64,000 nt of DNA from Candidatus Poseidoniaceae archaeon (GCA_028822845.1 JAPKCS010000004.1:14626-78625), one strand, 5' to 3'. Shown: positions 1 to 10,098, counted from the stretch's first letter. Notes: generated from the sequence alone by a model not told the origin. Program-made: numbers and translations.

Positions 1-1
1 T

Positions 2-562
2 ACGAATTGGGTTCCTGTCGTCACCGAAAACGGTCTATCGCAGCGGACAAAAGCACCACGACATTTCCGACTCATGCAATGGGGACTGCGCCCCCAGTGG
101 GCAACATCATCAACGCATCAACCAACCAACGCTCGTGCAGAAACTGTCCATGAAAAACCAATGTTCAAGCATGCCTGGACGCATCGAAGGTGCGTTGTCC
201 CGGCGGATGGCTGGTATGAGTGGATGGCTACAGTCCAAGGAAAGGTCCCATGGTACCACCATCGAATGGACGGCGGGACATGTTGGCTCGGAGCGATCTG
301 GGAGTCATGGTCATCGCCAAGTGGGGATCATGTCGAATCCTTTGCTTTGTTAACAGTTGAAGCGAATGAAGATGTTCGTGAAGTCCATCACCGCATGCCC
401 TTGCTTTTGGAACAAGATACGATTGGAGCTTTTCTCAGCGGCGAAGATCTGCGCGAGCCACCTTCCTCCATGCTCATCGACCGTCACGTCGTTGGGCGCG
501 ATGTGAACGCTGTGGTCAATGATGGCAAACATTTGATTGAAGCCGTTCCAACACTGTTGTAA
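2..562 (+). CDS. SRAP-domain protein (SOS-response-associated peptidase / YedK-HMCES-like abasic-site processing protein), 5'-truncated by the window edge
   Basis: Frame 2 is open from nt 2. The translation FRLMQWGLRPQW..NARAETVHEKPMFKHAW..RRCVVPADGWYEW..LLTVEAN..VHHRMPLLL matches the conserved SRAP core blocks. The N-terminal catalytic Cys would lie upstream of the window. Confidence 0.8.
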   Translation, partial: TNWVPVVTENGLSQRTKAPRHFRLMQWGLRPQWATSSTHQPTNARAETVHEKPMFKHAWTHRRCVVPADGWYEWMATVQGKVPWYHHRMDGGTCWLGAIWESWSSPSGDHVESFALLTVEANEDVREVHHRMPLLLEQDTIGAFLSGEDLREPPSSMLIDRHVVGRDVNAVVNDGKHLIEAVPTLL

Positions 563-705
563 GTTCAACCCGGTCAAACCAAGTTCGAAGTTGCACATAG
601 AAGCGAAAGCTGCTGCAATTGAATTGGCCATCGAGTGGGACAATGGAGCCCATTGAACACACATAAAAGCCGTCAGGTTGAAGGGCACCATGATGTCGAC
701 GAATC

Positions 706-3186
706 ATGCGCTGGGGGCTTGTTGTGATGATGCTCTTGCTCCAAGTGGCAGGACCAATGCATTCACTGCCAGTCCAAGCTGAAACCATCGACGCTCGAGA
801 TGGCCAGGCTGTGCTCCTCGGACTTGATGAGACGGTTGTTCATCGCAACGAGTTGATTGAAGTGTCCTTCACGCTCCATAACATGGGCTCTGTTGAAGAA
901 ACATTCCTGATAGATACCGTTGCAGTCCCAGAGGACTTAGCGGTCTCCGGCTTGCCGCTCACACACACACTTGATGCTGGCTATCTGAAGACATTGAAGT
1001 TCAATCTAAGCGCTGATGCGACCGCTGCATACGGGACCCTCACCTTGCCAATCTCACTCGTGATCGATGGCAATGATACCTGGTCGACTCAATCCAACCT
1101 TACCGTTGTCATAGCACCTTATTCACGGTTGGATTTCGGTGTCCAAGGCCTTTCTTCGTTCATCAGCGATGCTGGAACGAGGACATCCGTGGCAATCAAC
1201 ATCACCAACAACGGGTCGTATGAGGATGATGTCACCTTCAATATTTACACCCAGAGCGGGTGGAATTGGGGTTGGACAATGAACGACAGCGATGGCGTGA
1301 ATGCCTTCGAAACACTGCAGCCAGGACAATTGTCTTACGTTTATGTCTGGGTCGATGTGCCTGAAATCGTCGATGGGGCACCGCTTGCTGGAACCGGTCC
1401 AAGGTTCCAGTTAAAAGCCGTCTCGGGTGTTGACAAAGCCATATCACAATGGTCGTTTGATCTGTTGTTAGGAACGTACCAGAACGCTTCAATTGACGCA
1501 AAGGGCCAGGACCTCACACTCGATCCTGGAGCAAATGGGCGAATAGAAATCGATGTTCGGAACGTCGGAAACACCCCCAACCGCATGAGCATCACCCTCC
1601 AAGCCATCGACACCGAGGGACAACCAATCACGGACGTACCTCTCGATGACCGAATCGCAAGAAACGGTTGGACCATGGCCTTATTCAGCGGTCTTGAGGG
1701 CCTCTCGCTGGAACCAAATGAATCCCGAACCATCGAAATTGGCTTTCAAGCCCCTGGGGATTACTTTGGTGAAATCAACGTACGAGTCCGTGTCTTTGCC
1801 GAAGGTGCACCTGTGCGTTTGCGAACCATCGATGTGGGTGCTGTGATCGATTGGCAAAGGAATGCAACGGTCGAACTGCGTACCGATGACTGCCGTTCGC
1901 TGCTTCCAAACGCAACATGCACGGCCTCGGTGTTTTTGGAAAACACGGGGAACGCTCGCGACACCTTTACGTTCAATTTGGTTGATGCCTCAGAGGATGT
2001 GACAGCAACCCTCATGACCACTTCCATCAGCCTAAATCCATTGGAATCAAGTCTAATTGAAGCTGTTTCAATCACTGCATTCGCAGAGGCACTCGCTTTC
2101 AAAACTGGCAATGTATCCATCGAAGTGCAACTCGGTGGAACAAACACGGTGGTTGGAGAATTCAAGATCCCGACGAAAATCGCCCCCGTCATCCTCTGGG
2201 TGTTCGAAGATATTGTCGAAGAAGTCGATGCACGAGGTCGACTTTCAATCACCATGATCGCCCGCAATGAAGGCAACGCTGTCGATGGTCTCTTGGTGCA
2301 ATTACAATCATCCCATTCAACACAAATGTCGTTCGTGCCCCCGTTCGTAGCCACCTATGAAGAGGGGATTGCATACCCTAGGTCGTTTGAAATCACGGAC
2401 ATTCCAATCGGTTATAATTTCACAATCGAAGCATGGGTTGACCTTCCCCAAGATCAACAAAGCAATGGGACCGTGTATGTCAACACAACCGTTCGTTCGC
2501 AATTGGCACCCGATTTGCCGTTCATACAAACCACCAGCGCACCATACCTTGGTTTGGCTTGGCAGCCCGTTGAAGAAAGTGAAGGATGGTTCGATGTTGC
2601 TGCAATCGTTGGTGCGACCGTTGGGATTTTTAGTGCGTGGATCTGGGTGATTCTATCGGTCGTCCTTTCGGTGTTCATCGTTCAGAAATCCCTCAGCGCA
2701 CGTCGAGAACGCAAAGCGGAACAAGCCCTCCTCGCCCACTTACATGCCCCTTCACCAGTGGAAGAACCTCAAGATTGGATGAAGAAATTTAGCGAGAGAA
2801 GCGAGCCTGCACCACAACCCGCCGCCCTAACGGTCTCTGCTGAACACTTCCAACAAGCGTTCACCAATCGTGCAGGCACCCCCACACCCTCTGCCGCCCC
2901 TGTTCAGACAGAAGTTCATACCTCAGCAGCTCAGGCCCTTGATGTTCAAGACAACCAACGAACCATCGCCATCGCCGATGACCTCCTCTTGGACATCGCC
3001 TCTGGAAATGTCGCCCAACCACTGGCTGATACAACAGTGCTTCCTGAAGTGAGCGTTCCTGCCAACATGACCGTTCGGCACGACCCTAAGGGGTTCTTAG
3101 GGACCCAGCCAGAAGGCCTCGATGTGCCATCGGTCCCGTTGCCAAACGTTCCTTCGATGCTCAACCTAGACGATTTGGATGTGTGA
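706..3186 (+). CDS. Surface-anchored protein with repeated CARDB/NEW3-like beta-sandwich modules, a single C-terminal TM and a long cytoplasmic tail
   Basis: Signal peptide MRWGLVVMMLLLQVAGPMHSLPVQAE. Five recurrent h-x-N-x-G-N/S-x-x-D/E signatures (TLHNMGSVEE, INITNNGSYEDD, DVRNVGNTPN, FLENTGNARD, IARNEGNAVD). TM helix VAAIVGATVGIFSAWIWVILSVVLSVFIV followed by a ~170-aa P/A/Q-rich tail. Confidence 0.7.
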   Translation: MRWGLVVMMLLLQVAGPMHSLPVQAETIDARDGQAVLLGLDETVVHRNELIEVSFTLHNMGSVEETFLIDTVAVPEDLAVSGLPLTHTLDAGYLKTLKFNLSADATAAYGTLTLPISLVIDGNDTWSTQSNLTVVIAPYSRLDFGVQGLSSFISDAGTRTSVAINITNNGSYEDDVTFNIYTQSGWNWGWTMNDSDGVNAFETLQPGQLSYVYVWVDVPEIVDGAPLAGTGPRFQLKAVSGVDKAISQWSFDLLLGTYQNASIDAKGQDLTLDPGANGRIEIDVRNVGNTPNRMSITLQAIDTEGQPITDVPLDDRIARNGWTMALFSGLEGLSLEPNESRTIEIGFQAPGDYFGEINVRVRVFAEGAPVRLRTIDVGAVIDWQRNATVELRTDDCRSLLPNATCTASVFLENTGNARDTFTFNLVDASEDVTATLMTTSISLNPLESSLIEAVSITAFAEALAFKTGNVSIEVQLGGTNTVVGEFKIPTKIAPVILWVFEDIVEEVDARGRLSITMIARNEGNAVDGLLVQLQSSHSTQMSFVPPFVATYEEGIAYPRSFEITDIPIGYNFTIEAWVDLPQDQQSNGTVYVNTTVRSQLAPDLPFIQTTSAPYLGLAWQPVEESEGWFDVAAIVGATVGIFSAWIWVILSVVLSVFIVQKSLSARRERKAEQALLAHLHAPSPVEEPQDWMKKFSERSEPAPQPAALTVSAEHFQQAFTNRAGTPTPSAAPVQTEVHTSAAQALDVQDNQRTIAIADDLLLDIASGNVAQPLADTTVLPEVSVPANMTVRHDPKGFLGTQPEGLDVPSVPLPNVPSMLNLDDLDV

Positions 3187-3192
3187 CATCAC

Positions 3193-3921
3193 GTGTGGAG
3201 TGCGGGAGTCGACGAAGCAGGACGTGGCCCCGTAATCGGACCGTTGGTCGTTGGCGCCGTGGCAGTGCCTAAGAGCGATCTGAAGTTGCTCACAGAACAT
3301 GGCATACGGGATTCGAAAGACCTCACACATGCCAAACGCGTTGCTATGGCCACATGGTTCCACGAACAGGCGAGCGAACGAGGTTGGTTGCATCAGGTGA
3401 TTGTCTGCCCACCTGATCGAATCGATGCATCGGTGAAAAACAACGGTTTGAACCTCCTTGAAGTCGATCTGTTTGCAGAGGCACTGAATCCCTTCAAGGA
3501 CCATGTTGAAAGTGGATTGGAAGTGCTCAACGATGCTTGTGATGTCAATGCGCAACGGTTCACCGACAGGATCGCAGCACGCTTGAACGATTGGCCTTGG
3601 CCGAAAAGCACCATGACTTCCGAGCATAAGGCCGACACAAATCATGCCATCGTAGGGATGGCGAGCATCCTAGCCAAAGTGAAACGAGATGAGGCGATTG
3701 CAGAATTGACTGAACGCCTTGGCTTTGGTATCGGATCTGGCTACCCGTCAGACCCCTACACCAAAGCAGCGTTACCCAAGTTGTTGGAAGGTAAAACCCC
3801 TCATGAGGACCTACGATGGTCATGGAAAACCATCCATCGAGCATGGAACGCACTCCATCAAGAAGATCCGCCCACACGTTCGTACTCTGATGTTCATCAA
3901 CGAACATTATTTGAGGATTGA
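3193..3921 (+). CDS. rnhB: Ribonuclease HII
   Basis: GTG start. The N-terminus SAGVDEAGRGPVIGPLVVGAV is the RNase HII IDEAGRGPVIGP catalytic motif. Further blocks DSKDL and KADTNHAIVGMASILAKVKRD are present; size is 242 aa. Confidence 0.9.
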   Translation: MWSAGVDEAGRGPVIGPLVVGAVAVPKSDLKLLTEHGIRDSKDLTHAKRVAMATWFHEQASERGWLHQVIVCPPDRIDASVKNNGLNLLEVDLFAEALNPFKDHVESGLEVLNDACDVNAQRFTDRIAARLNDWPWPKSTMTSEHKADTNHAIVGMASILAKVKRDEAIAELTERLGFGIGSGYPSDPYTKAALPKLLEGKTPHEDLRWSWKTIHRAWNALHQEDPPTRSYSDVHQRTLFED

Positions 3922-3942
3922 ACGTCGTTTGAAGCCACGCAC

Positions 3943-5691
3943 TTGATGAAGGAAAGGCCACAGGAAAGGATGAGTCCCATGCCGTGGTCACCCGATGAAG
4001 CAACCCTCGATGCCTTCCGTCACCTCGCTTTGCAAAACGCGATTGAATACGAAGGAAAGGCAGCACCGGGTTCCGTGATTGGAAGGTTGATGGGTTCTCG
4101 CGCTGATTTGAGACCCCATGGACAAATCATCTCCCCTCTGATCGCCAAGGCTGTCGCAGATGCAAACGCAATGGCTGCAACAGATGGCCTCGATGCTTTG
4201 CGTTCAATTTTGGAAAATGAAGCGCCCCACCTGTTGGAAAAGCGAGAAAAGAAAGAACGAAGAACAGGATTGCCCGAACTCACCAACGCCGAAAAGGGAA
4301 AAGTTGTGTTGCGATTTGCACCCAATCCAAACGGGCCGCTTAGTTTCGGCCACGCCCGTGGAATTGTCATCAACGGTGAGTATGCAAAAGAGTGGGAAGG
4401 CGAACTTATCCTTCGATTTGATGACACTGATACCGTCGTCAAACCTCCACTGCCACAGGCGTATCGCGAAATCCCTGAAGAAGCCGCTTGGTTGCTTGGT
4501 TACACCCCGCACCGTATCGTCATCGCTAGCGACCAAATTCCACATTATTACGAACATGCTGAACAAATGCTCAAGGGTGGATTTGGCTATGTGTGCCGTT
4601 GCACTGGTGAAGAATTTAAGGTCTTCAGAGTCGATAAAACTGAATGCCCGTGCCGACCGAATGACGCAGACATGAACATGGACCTCTGGTCCAAGATGCT
4701 CGATGGGACATTCAAACCTGGCGATGCTGTTGTTCGTGTAAAAACAGATATGACGTTGAAAAACCCAGCACTCCGTGACTGGCCCGCACTTCGCATGCAG
4801 GACACAGAAAATCACCCACACCCCCGGAAAACCATTGGTTCGAAGTATCGAGTGTGGCCGTTGTTGGATTTCCAAAGCGCTGTTGAAGATCAGTTGCAAG
4901 GGGTGACCCACATCATCCGGGGCAAGGACTTGATGGATTCAACTCGGAAGCAAAAACTCCTGTACGAACATTTCGGTTGGACCTATCCCGAAACAATGTA
5001 CTGGGGCCGAGTCAAGGTTCACGAATGGGGCGGCTTTTCGACATCACAGATGCGTCGGGACATCGAAGCTGGCCTGTTCACAGGCTGGGATGATCCACGG
5101 CTGCCTACCCTTTCAGCCCTCAAGCGACGTGGCATCACTGCTGAGGCTCTGCGTGCTTTTTGGATCGAGTTAGGTGTGACACAGAAGGATATTTCTGTGC
5201 CACTTTCTGCTTTATTTTCACACAACACCAAACTCATCGACGATGATGCACCCCGTTTGTCCTTCATCCGATCGCCCCAGAAATTCCAACTTGAAGGCAA
5301 TCATCCTCCATCGATCGAGGTTGATGTTCATCCAAACCATCCGAAGATGGGGCACCGTTTGTTCGAACTGGATCAACCCGGCATTTGGATTGAATCAGAG
5401 GATGTGAGCAAGGGCGACCTCAGGCTCAAAGGCTTCGCTGATGTCTGCTTAACTGGTGAACGAGCGACCGTGCAATCCATCGAACGACTCGACCAACGTC
5501 CCATCGTCCATTGGCTGAGCGAGAAGCAAAGCACACCAGCAACCCTCATCGTGGCAAAGGACGGTGAGATCATCGAATTTGAAGGTCAAATGGAGGCACA
5601 CGCCTACCCCGAAGGAACCATGGTTCAACTCGAGAGGATTGGTTACGGTCGTGTCTTAGATTCAACCACCATTCTCTTCAGCCATTCGTAA
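3943..5691 (+). CDS. gltX: Glutamyl-tRNA synthetase, archaeal/eukaryal type
   Basis: LRFAPNPNGPLSFGHARG (HIGH-region), ILRFDDTD, VRVKTDMTLKNPALRDWPALR, HIIRGKDL, VHWL near the C-terminus; 582 aa. Confidence 0.9.
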   Translation: MMKERPQERMSPMPWSPDEATLDAFRHLALQNAIEYEGKAAPGSVIGRLMGSRADLRPHGQIISPLIAKAVADANAMAATDGLDALRSILENEAPHLLEKREKKERRTGLPELTNAEKGKVVLRFAPNPNGPLSFGHARGIVINGEYAKEWEGELILRFDDTDTVVKPPLPQAYREIPEEAAWLLGYTPHRIVIASDQIPHYYEHAEQMLKGGFGYVCRCTGEEFKVFRVDKTECPCRPNDADMNMDLWSKMLDGTFKPGDAVVRVKTDMTLKNPALRDWPALRMQDTENHPHPRKTIGSKYRVWPLLDFQSAVEDQLQGVTHIIRGKDLMDSTRKQKLLYEHFGWTYPETMYWGRVKVHEWGGFSTSQMRRDIEAGLFTGWDDPRLPTLSALKRRGITAEALRAFWIELGVTQKDISVPLSALFSHNTKLIDDDAPRLSFIRSPQKFQLEGNHPPSIEVDVHPNHPKMGHRLFELDQPGIWIESEDVSKGDLRLKGFADVCLTGERATVQSIERLDQRPIVHWLSEKQSTPATLIVAKDGEIIEFEGQMEAHAYPEGTMVQLERIGYGRVLDSTTILFSHS

Positions 5692-5736
5692 TTGATTGAA
5701 GGAAGGCTGATAGGGCGCATTCCGCCTCGTTGAAGC

Positions 5737-6147
5737 ATGGCCAAGACAGTTGCAGACCTCAATTTGGATGACGAACACATCACGGCCGGTGTTGAAGACA
5801 GCCTCCAAGAAGGTGCTCGGAGGATGCTGAGCATTCCGGGAGGAATTGTTGTCGTTCTTAGTGAAGGCAACCATGTCAAGGGTGTCCTCGGTCACAATCA
5901 ATTTCTCAAGGCCATGTCGCAATCAATCGATGCCACTCAAGCAACATGCGCAGAGTGGATGGAAATGGACTTCCTCCAAGTGCACAAAACGGACACATTG
6001 AAGCACGTCTTGTCTGAGATTCAAAAGCGCTCACCACAAGCAGTGGTGGCGGTTGACGAAAACGATGAGTTCTGTGGTTACTTCTCTCCGAATGATTACC
6101 AAGAGGCTGCGAGCTTGGTCAGCAACATGACCAAACTCGGCATGTGA
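5737..6147 (+). CDS. CBS-domain pair protein
   Basis: 136 aa with two CBS-like halves (GGIVVVLSEGNHVKGVLGHNQFLKAM and QAVVAVDENDEFCGYFSPNDY). Confidence 0.65.
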   Translation: MAKTVADLNLDDEHITAGVEDSLQEGARRMLSIPGGIVVVLSEGNHVKGVLGHNQFLKAMSQSIDATQATCAEWMEMDFLQVHKTDTLKHVLSEIQKRSPQAVVAVDENDEFCGYFSPNDYQEAASLVSNMTKLGM

Positions 6148-6149
6148 GT

Positions 6150-8198
6150 TCAAGCTACGAGTTTGATCACACGTTCGCAACCAGCACAAGCAAACCTGAG
6201 CGGCCGCTCATCGCTGAGCACTGCGTTATTGGTCGAACATGCTGGGCATGGAATGCTTGGTGTATTCAACAAAACCAATGCCTCTGCTGAGGGACCCATT
6301 CGGGGACTGGCTGCTGCCGAGATCCACCACAAAATGAGTGTAAAACTAACGGCACCGCCCAAGAACAAAGGCGGATAGGCGAAGAAGTGAATCAAGGCAA
6401 TAAGTGGAATTAACAGCATTTCAAGCGCCAAGATTCGGCGTGCTCGGTTCTGGGTCATCTTGAGAGCAACATACAGTCCAATGAGGAGTGCGATACCGAC
6501 GCCAACCAAAAGCGGGACCGGTGAATAAAGCGGGGTGTTGGTGGGAACAAAGGTGAATGTGAAATCATCGTCTTGGTCCAAGTCAGTACCACTGAGTTCG
6601 ATTGATTCACCCCATGGGAACCGAGAATGAGAGAGACGAACGTCATCCGACTCCAGCACTTTAGCGTTCATAAAAGCCGAAAAACCTGAGGAAGTACCCT
6701 CAAGTGAGAGGCTTAAATCAGACCACAAAGGTGCTGGTTGAACGGTGATGAAGCTTCGAAGAAGGGTCATCTGTTCGTTGAGAACTACAAATTCAGAGGT
6801 CTTGAAGACAAGCGTTACCGGGTGATTCACCACGTCTTGTTCCCCATTGAGTTCAAGATCGATGGAAATGGTTTCGAAGTTTCTGAAGCTGCCCAGCAGT
6901 TCTTCCCCATCAAGACCAAGTCCGACGCTGAGGAAGTAAGAACAGAGACCAGAAGAAGTCGAGGCTCCGGTGAGCATTTGACGCTCAAATTCGTTGACTT
7001 CGTTCGGTTCAATGGAACGGCTCACGCGTTCATCTTCGGTGACTGAGCCCTCTTGGAAACTCTTCAGAACAGGTGAGAGGTCTGTGACTTCATCGCCCAA
7101 GTGGTCAAGGCCCCAGCGCATCCAAAACGCCATTTCCCCACCAAGTGTGATGCTGGTTTCACGGGTCAGTCGAAGACCTGAATCTTCGCTTTCGATGCTG
7201 AAGGTCCCCACGATGTCAAGCGGACTTCCGTCACCGTTGGTTTGCAGGGGCTCATCGGGAGGATAATATGTCCCCGTCCCACTGTCGGAATCAAAGGTTT
7301 CAATCATGAACGAAGCAGATCCTGAAAGGGTAGCACTCCCCACTTGTAACACCAGTTCCACCTGAGTATCAACCGTCTCTTCACCACCTGCAGCATCAAG
7401 CCACGTCCAGGTGACTCGGACACCATCACCTTGTGAAGTTTCAATTGGGTCTCCGCTGACAAGCGCCCCGTTCACACGCATGTTCAATGAATCAGAGTTT
7501 GACAGTATTTTGGTGCCCCAGTAGGATTCGATGACCACAGAAAAATAGACTTCTGAACCTTCAACTTCCGGATCGAGAAGCGTCAACGACATCAATGGCA
7601 TTTCACCTTCCAAAACGGAGTCACTGTCTTCACTGCCCCATTGGAATTCCAACTTGGCATCACCCGCGGGCAGACTGAAAACAACGGTTCGAGCGGTCAA
7701 AGTAAGCACGACATTGCTCGCTGAAGTGATGGAAGTCGCATCGACTTCGATTTCAAAAGTGAGGGTCCCTGTGCCTTGGGCCAGGAACGAATTACCAGCG
7801 GGTGTCGCAGCAGAAAAGGTCTGGGAGCCAATTTGAAGCGAGGCTGTGGCGTTGACTTGTGCACCTGCGGCATCGGTCACTTCGTAATCCATGTTCAGCG
7901 TCCATGTGGCTGCTGGAACTGTTCCAGGCCAAACTTCGGGAAGGGACCATGTTCCGACCGTTTCTTCTGAGGTGACGGCGTTTGCAATCGTTTTCGCGAT
8001 TGTTGTTTCGCCGAGGTCTTGCATGAATGGCGTCAGTGTACCGCTGCTGTCTGAACCGATCAGATGCAAGTCAAGACCGACTGAATCGCAGCACACAACA
8101 GTATCTTCTGCCTCAGCTAGGCCTACAAAATTGGTATTCATAGGCGAGAGGAGAGCGATCAGAAAAATCGTTACAAAAAACAACGGTCGCCATGACAT
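6150..8198 (-). CDS. Membrane protein: signal peptide, ~560-aa ectodomain, three TM helices, C-terminal cytoplasmic zinc ribbon
   Basis: N-terminus MSWRPLFFVTIFLIALLSPMNTNFVGLAEA. TM block LLVGVGIALLIGLYVAL / LLIPLIALIHFFAYPPLFLGG / AVSFTLILWWISAA. The C-terminus CPACSTNN..x14..CAGCERVIKLVA is a CxxC..CxxC ribbon. Confidence 0.7.
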   Translation of the reverse strand: MSWRPLFFVTIFLIALLSPMNTNFVGLAEAEDTVVCCDSVGLDLHLIGSDSSGTLTPFMQDLGETTIAKTIANAVTSEETVGTWSLPEVWPGTVPAATWTLNMDYEVTDAAGAQVNATASLQIGSQTFSAATPAGNSFLAQGTGTLTFEIEVDATSITSASNVVLTLTARTVVFSLPAGDAKLEFQWGSEDSDSVLEGEMPLMSLTLLDPEVEGSEVYFSVVIESYWGTKILSNSDSLNMRVNGALVSGDPIETSQGDGVRVTWTWLDAAGGEETVDTQVELVLQVGSATLSGSASFMIETFDSDSGTGTYYPPDEPLQTNGDGSPLDIVGTFSIESEDSGLRLTRETSITLGGEMAFWMRWGLDHLGDEVTDLSPVLKSFQEGSVTEDERVSRSIEPNEVNEFERQMLTGASTSSGLCSYFLSVGLGLDGEELLGSFRNFETISIDLELNGEQDVVNHPVTLVFKTSEFVVLNEQMTLLRSFITVQPAPLWSDLSLSLEGTSSGFSAFMNAKVLESDDVRLSHSRFPWGESIELSGTDLDQDDDFTFTFVPTNTPLYSPVPLLVGVGIALLIGLYVALKMTQNRARRILALEMLLIPLIALIHFFAYPPLFLGGAVSFTLILWWISAAASPRMGPSAEALVLLNTPSIPCPACSTNNAVLSDERPLRFACAGCERVIKLVA

Positions 8199-8267
8199 TG
8201 ATATCCCTCAGGCTAACCAAACGCCCATGGCTCATAACATAAACGATGCTTCGAGAACTTAAAACGC

Positions 8268-8624
8268 TCAAAGAGCCTTTTCGAGCAAGGCGCCGAGTTC
8301 CTTTTCAAACAACGAAACAACCGCTTCGCCAACTTCACCTTGAATGTCATCTGGAAGAAGACGGAGTCCAAGGCGTGTGGCTGCTCGAGTTGCTTTCAAT
8401 TCAGCATAGATTGTTCGGGCTTTGGTGTGGAAGTAATAGGACACTGCTTCCTTGATTTCGGCTTTGAGTTCGGGGTCTTCCTCGACCTTGGATCGGATAT
8501 GACTTTTCAGTTCATCCTTGACAAGATCCCTGAATGCTTCGATGACGAGGTCTTCTGTCGACATCAAATCTTGAACTTGGTCGCGAATGCTTCCAGTAAG
8601 GAGTCGTTCTATGGCCATGTCCAT
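8268..8624 (-). CDS. Hypothetical small acidic helical protein
   Basis: 118-aa ORF, 19 nt downstream of the preceding minus-strand gene. No recognisable motif. Confidence 0.5.
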   Translation of the reverse strand: MDMAIERLLTGSIRDQVQDLMSTEDLVIEAFRDLVKDELKSHIRSKVEEDPELKAEIKEAVSYYFHTKARTIYAELKATRAATRLGLRLLPDDIQGEVGEAVVSLFEKELGALLEKAL

Positions 8625-8643
8625 GCGAGGGGGCTATGCTGTT

Positions 8644-9579
8644 TCAATCCGTCGATGAAGGCAATGCACACAGAGCACCATGAACGATGAAGAAATCTGC
8701 TAACTTTGAGGCATGTATTCTGGCTTCATCCTTGCCTTCCGGCCAGCCACTGAGGGCATGGTGAACTTGACTGACAAGGTCGATGGGGTGATCACCTACA
8801 AGCAGACGGTGCCAAATAAGTTCCTCAAGGCGGGGTGTCGACAACTTGGGGTTTGCCAAACATGGAAGGACCAATTCGGAGAGGGCCTGGGTGCGTTGAT
8901 CCACATCCATGGTCGGCCAGGCCTTGGAAAGTCGTCCAAGCATGCGTTGAGAGAGGTTTGGAATCATTTCGTTGGAAGGTGAGGGGACATCAGGAAGCGC
9001 TACAACTCTGACTGAACCTTCCTCGCTCAAGAGGTCACGTATGTGGGTGTGAACAGGATCGAATGTGGTGTCCATGGCCTCTCGAAGCCACAGCCCAGTT
9101 CCAGCAAATGGTCGTAGGCGCCGTACCCTTGCGCCGTTTGGAGCCAGCACCGATGCGATGGCTGCGCATTGTGCAACCACATCCAGAGCCCCATGCCGCT
9201 CACCCTTTCCAGATCCGATTCGAACGGAAACCGCTACGGGCGTGATGTGAACATAGGCTTGCTCTTTGAGATCTTCAAGAGCCCATGTGTCCTCAAATGG
9301 ATCGAGGAAAAGAAGTGAACCTTCAGCGACCTGTTCAGGACGAACCACCTCATCACGAGGCAACGAACCATGGGGGGGCATAAACCGCCTGACATAAGCG
9401 AAACCAGCGTCTAAGCAGGCGGCTTCGATGAAAGAAAGGCTCAGCACGCCAACGGCGTCTGCGGGGGCGTGGATGTGAACAACTGAAGAGCCACGAATGG
9501 TTTCGCATATCGAATTGATGCGGGTTTTGACATCTTCGAACGGGGCTGATGCTAACAGGTCATTCATAGCCGCCACCAC
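8644..9579 (-). CDS. Hypothetical protein, possibly a degenerate DHH (RecJ/Cdc45-like) domain
   Basis: 311 aa. VVHIHAPADAVGVLSLSFIEAA resembles DHH motif I with acidic residues replaced, and LLFLDPFED resembles motif II; there is no intact DHH triad. It lies directly downstream of rps15, the classical recJ-like position in Euryarchaeota. Confidence 0.35.
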   Translation of the reverse strand: MVAAMNDLLASAPFEDVKTRINSICETIRGSSVVHIHAPADAVGVLSLSFIEAACLDAGFAYVRRFMPPHGSLPRDEVVRPEQVAEGSLLFLDPFEDTWALEDLKEQAYVHITPVAVSVRIGSGKGERHGALDVVAQCAAIASVLAPNGARVRRLRPFAGTGLWLREAMDTTFDPVHTHIRDLLSEEGSVRVVALPDVPSPSNEMIPNLSQRMLGRLSKAWPTMDVDQRTQALSELVLPCLANPKLSTPRLEELIWHRLLVGDHPIDLVSQVHHALSGWPEGKDEARIHASKLADFFIVHGALCALPSSTD

Positions 9580-9639
9580 ACATGAGGAGTTGGGCGTTGT
9601 TCATCAGCCTTACGAGGCAAAAGCAACGAAGCGTGGTGC

Positions 9640-10098
9640 TCACTCGACCATCAGTCGGAGCTCTTCTCGCTTGTATCGCCAATCGGATGGCAAGCGACCT
9701 TCGCTCTTGTAATAGTTCGCCAATCGGCGAATCTTGGCTTCAGTGATTTCGAGGGAACGTTGGTTGTGGAGGTCTTTGCGGTTCCCGCTGGAGACGTGGT
9801 TGATGATCCCGACTGCTTGACGCATGAGGTTCATCATGTCTTCTGGGTATGTGCCACCGATGTCGTTCTCAGCAAGAACAGCGCCGATGCGCTTTCCGAG
9901 CACGAGGCGGACGTCAGGGACAGCGTGTTGATCTCGGAGAATGGTACCGATATCGGCAGATGATTTTCCTGCCTTACCGAGGTCGACAATCAACTCAGTG
10001 ACTGCCTTAGCGTCCGTGTTGGACCACTCGGGTGCTTCGCTCACAAATGGCTTACTTGAGCCGCTCTTTCCTTTGCGTGACTTGTACATACGTGCCAT
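9640..10098 (-). CDS. rps15: 30S ribosomal protein uS15 (archaeal S15P/S13e type)
   Basis: MARMYKSRKGKSGSSKP..PEW.., ..DIGTILRDQHAVPDV.., ..NRKDLHNQRSLEITEAKIRRLANYYK..LP.DWRY; 152 aa, the typical archaeal length with the N-terminal S13e extension. Confidence 0.92.
   Translation of the reverse strand: MARMYKSRKGKSGSSKPFVSEAPEWSNTDAKAVTELIVDLGKAGKSSADIGTILRDQHAVPDVRLVLGKRIGAVLAENDIGGTYPEDMMNLMRQAVGIINHVSSGNRKDLHNQRSLEITEAKIRRLANYYKSEGRLPSDWRYKREELRLMVE

Noticed and set aside
4204-4911. 235-aa minus-strand ORF antisense to gltX
   Set aside because: gltX is unambiguous on the plus strand. The antisense ORF has no recognisable features and no room for a promoter.
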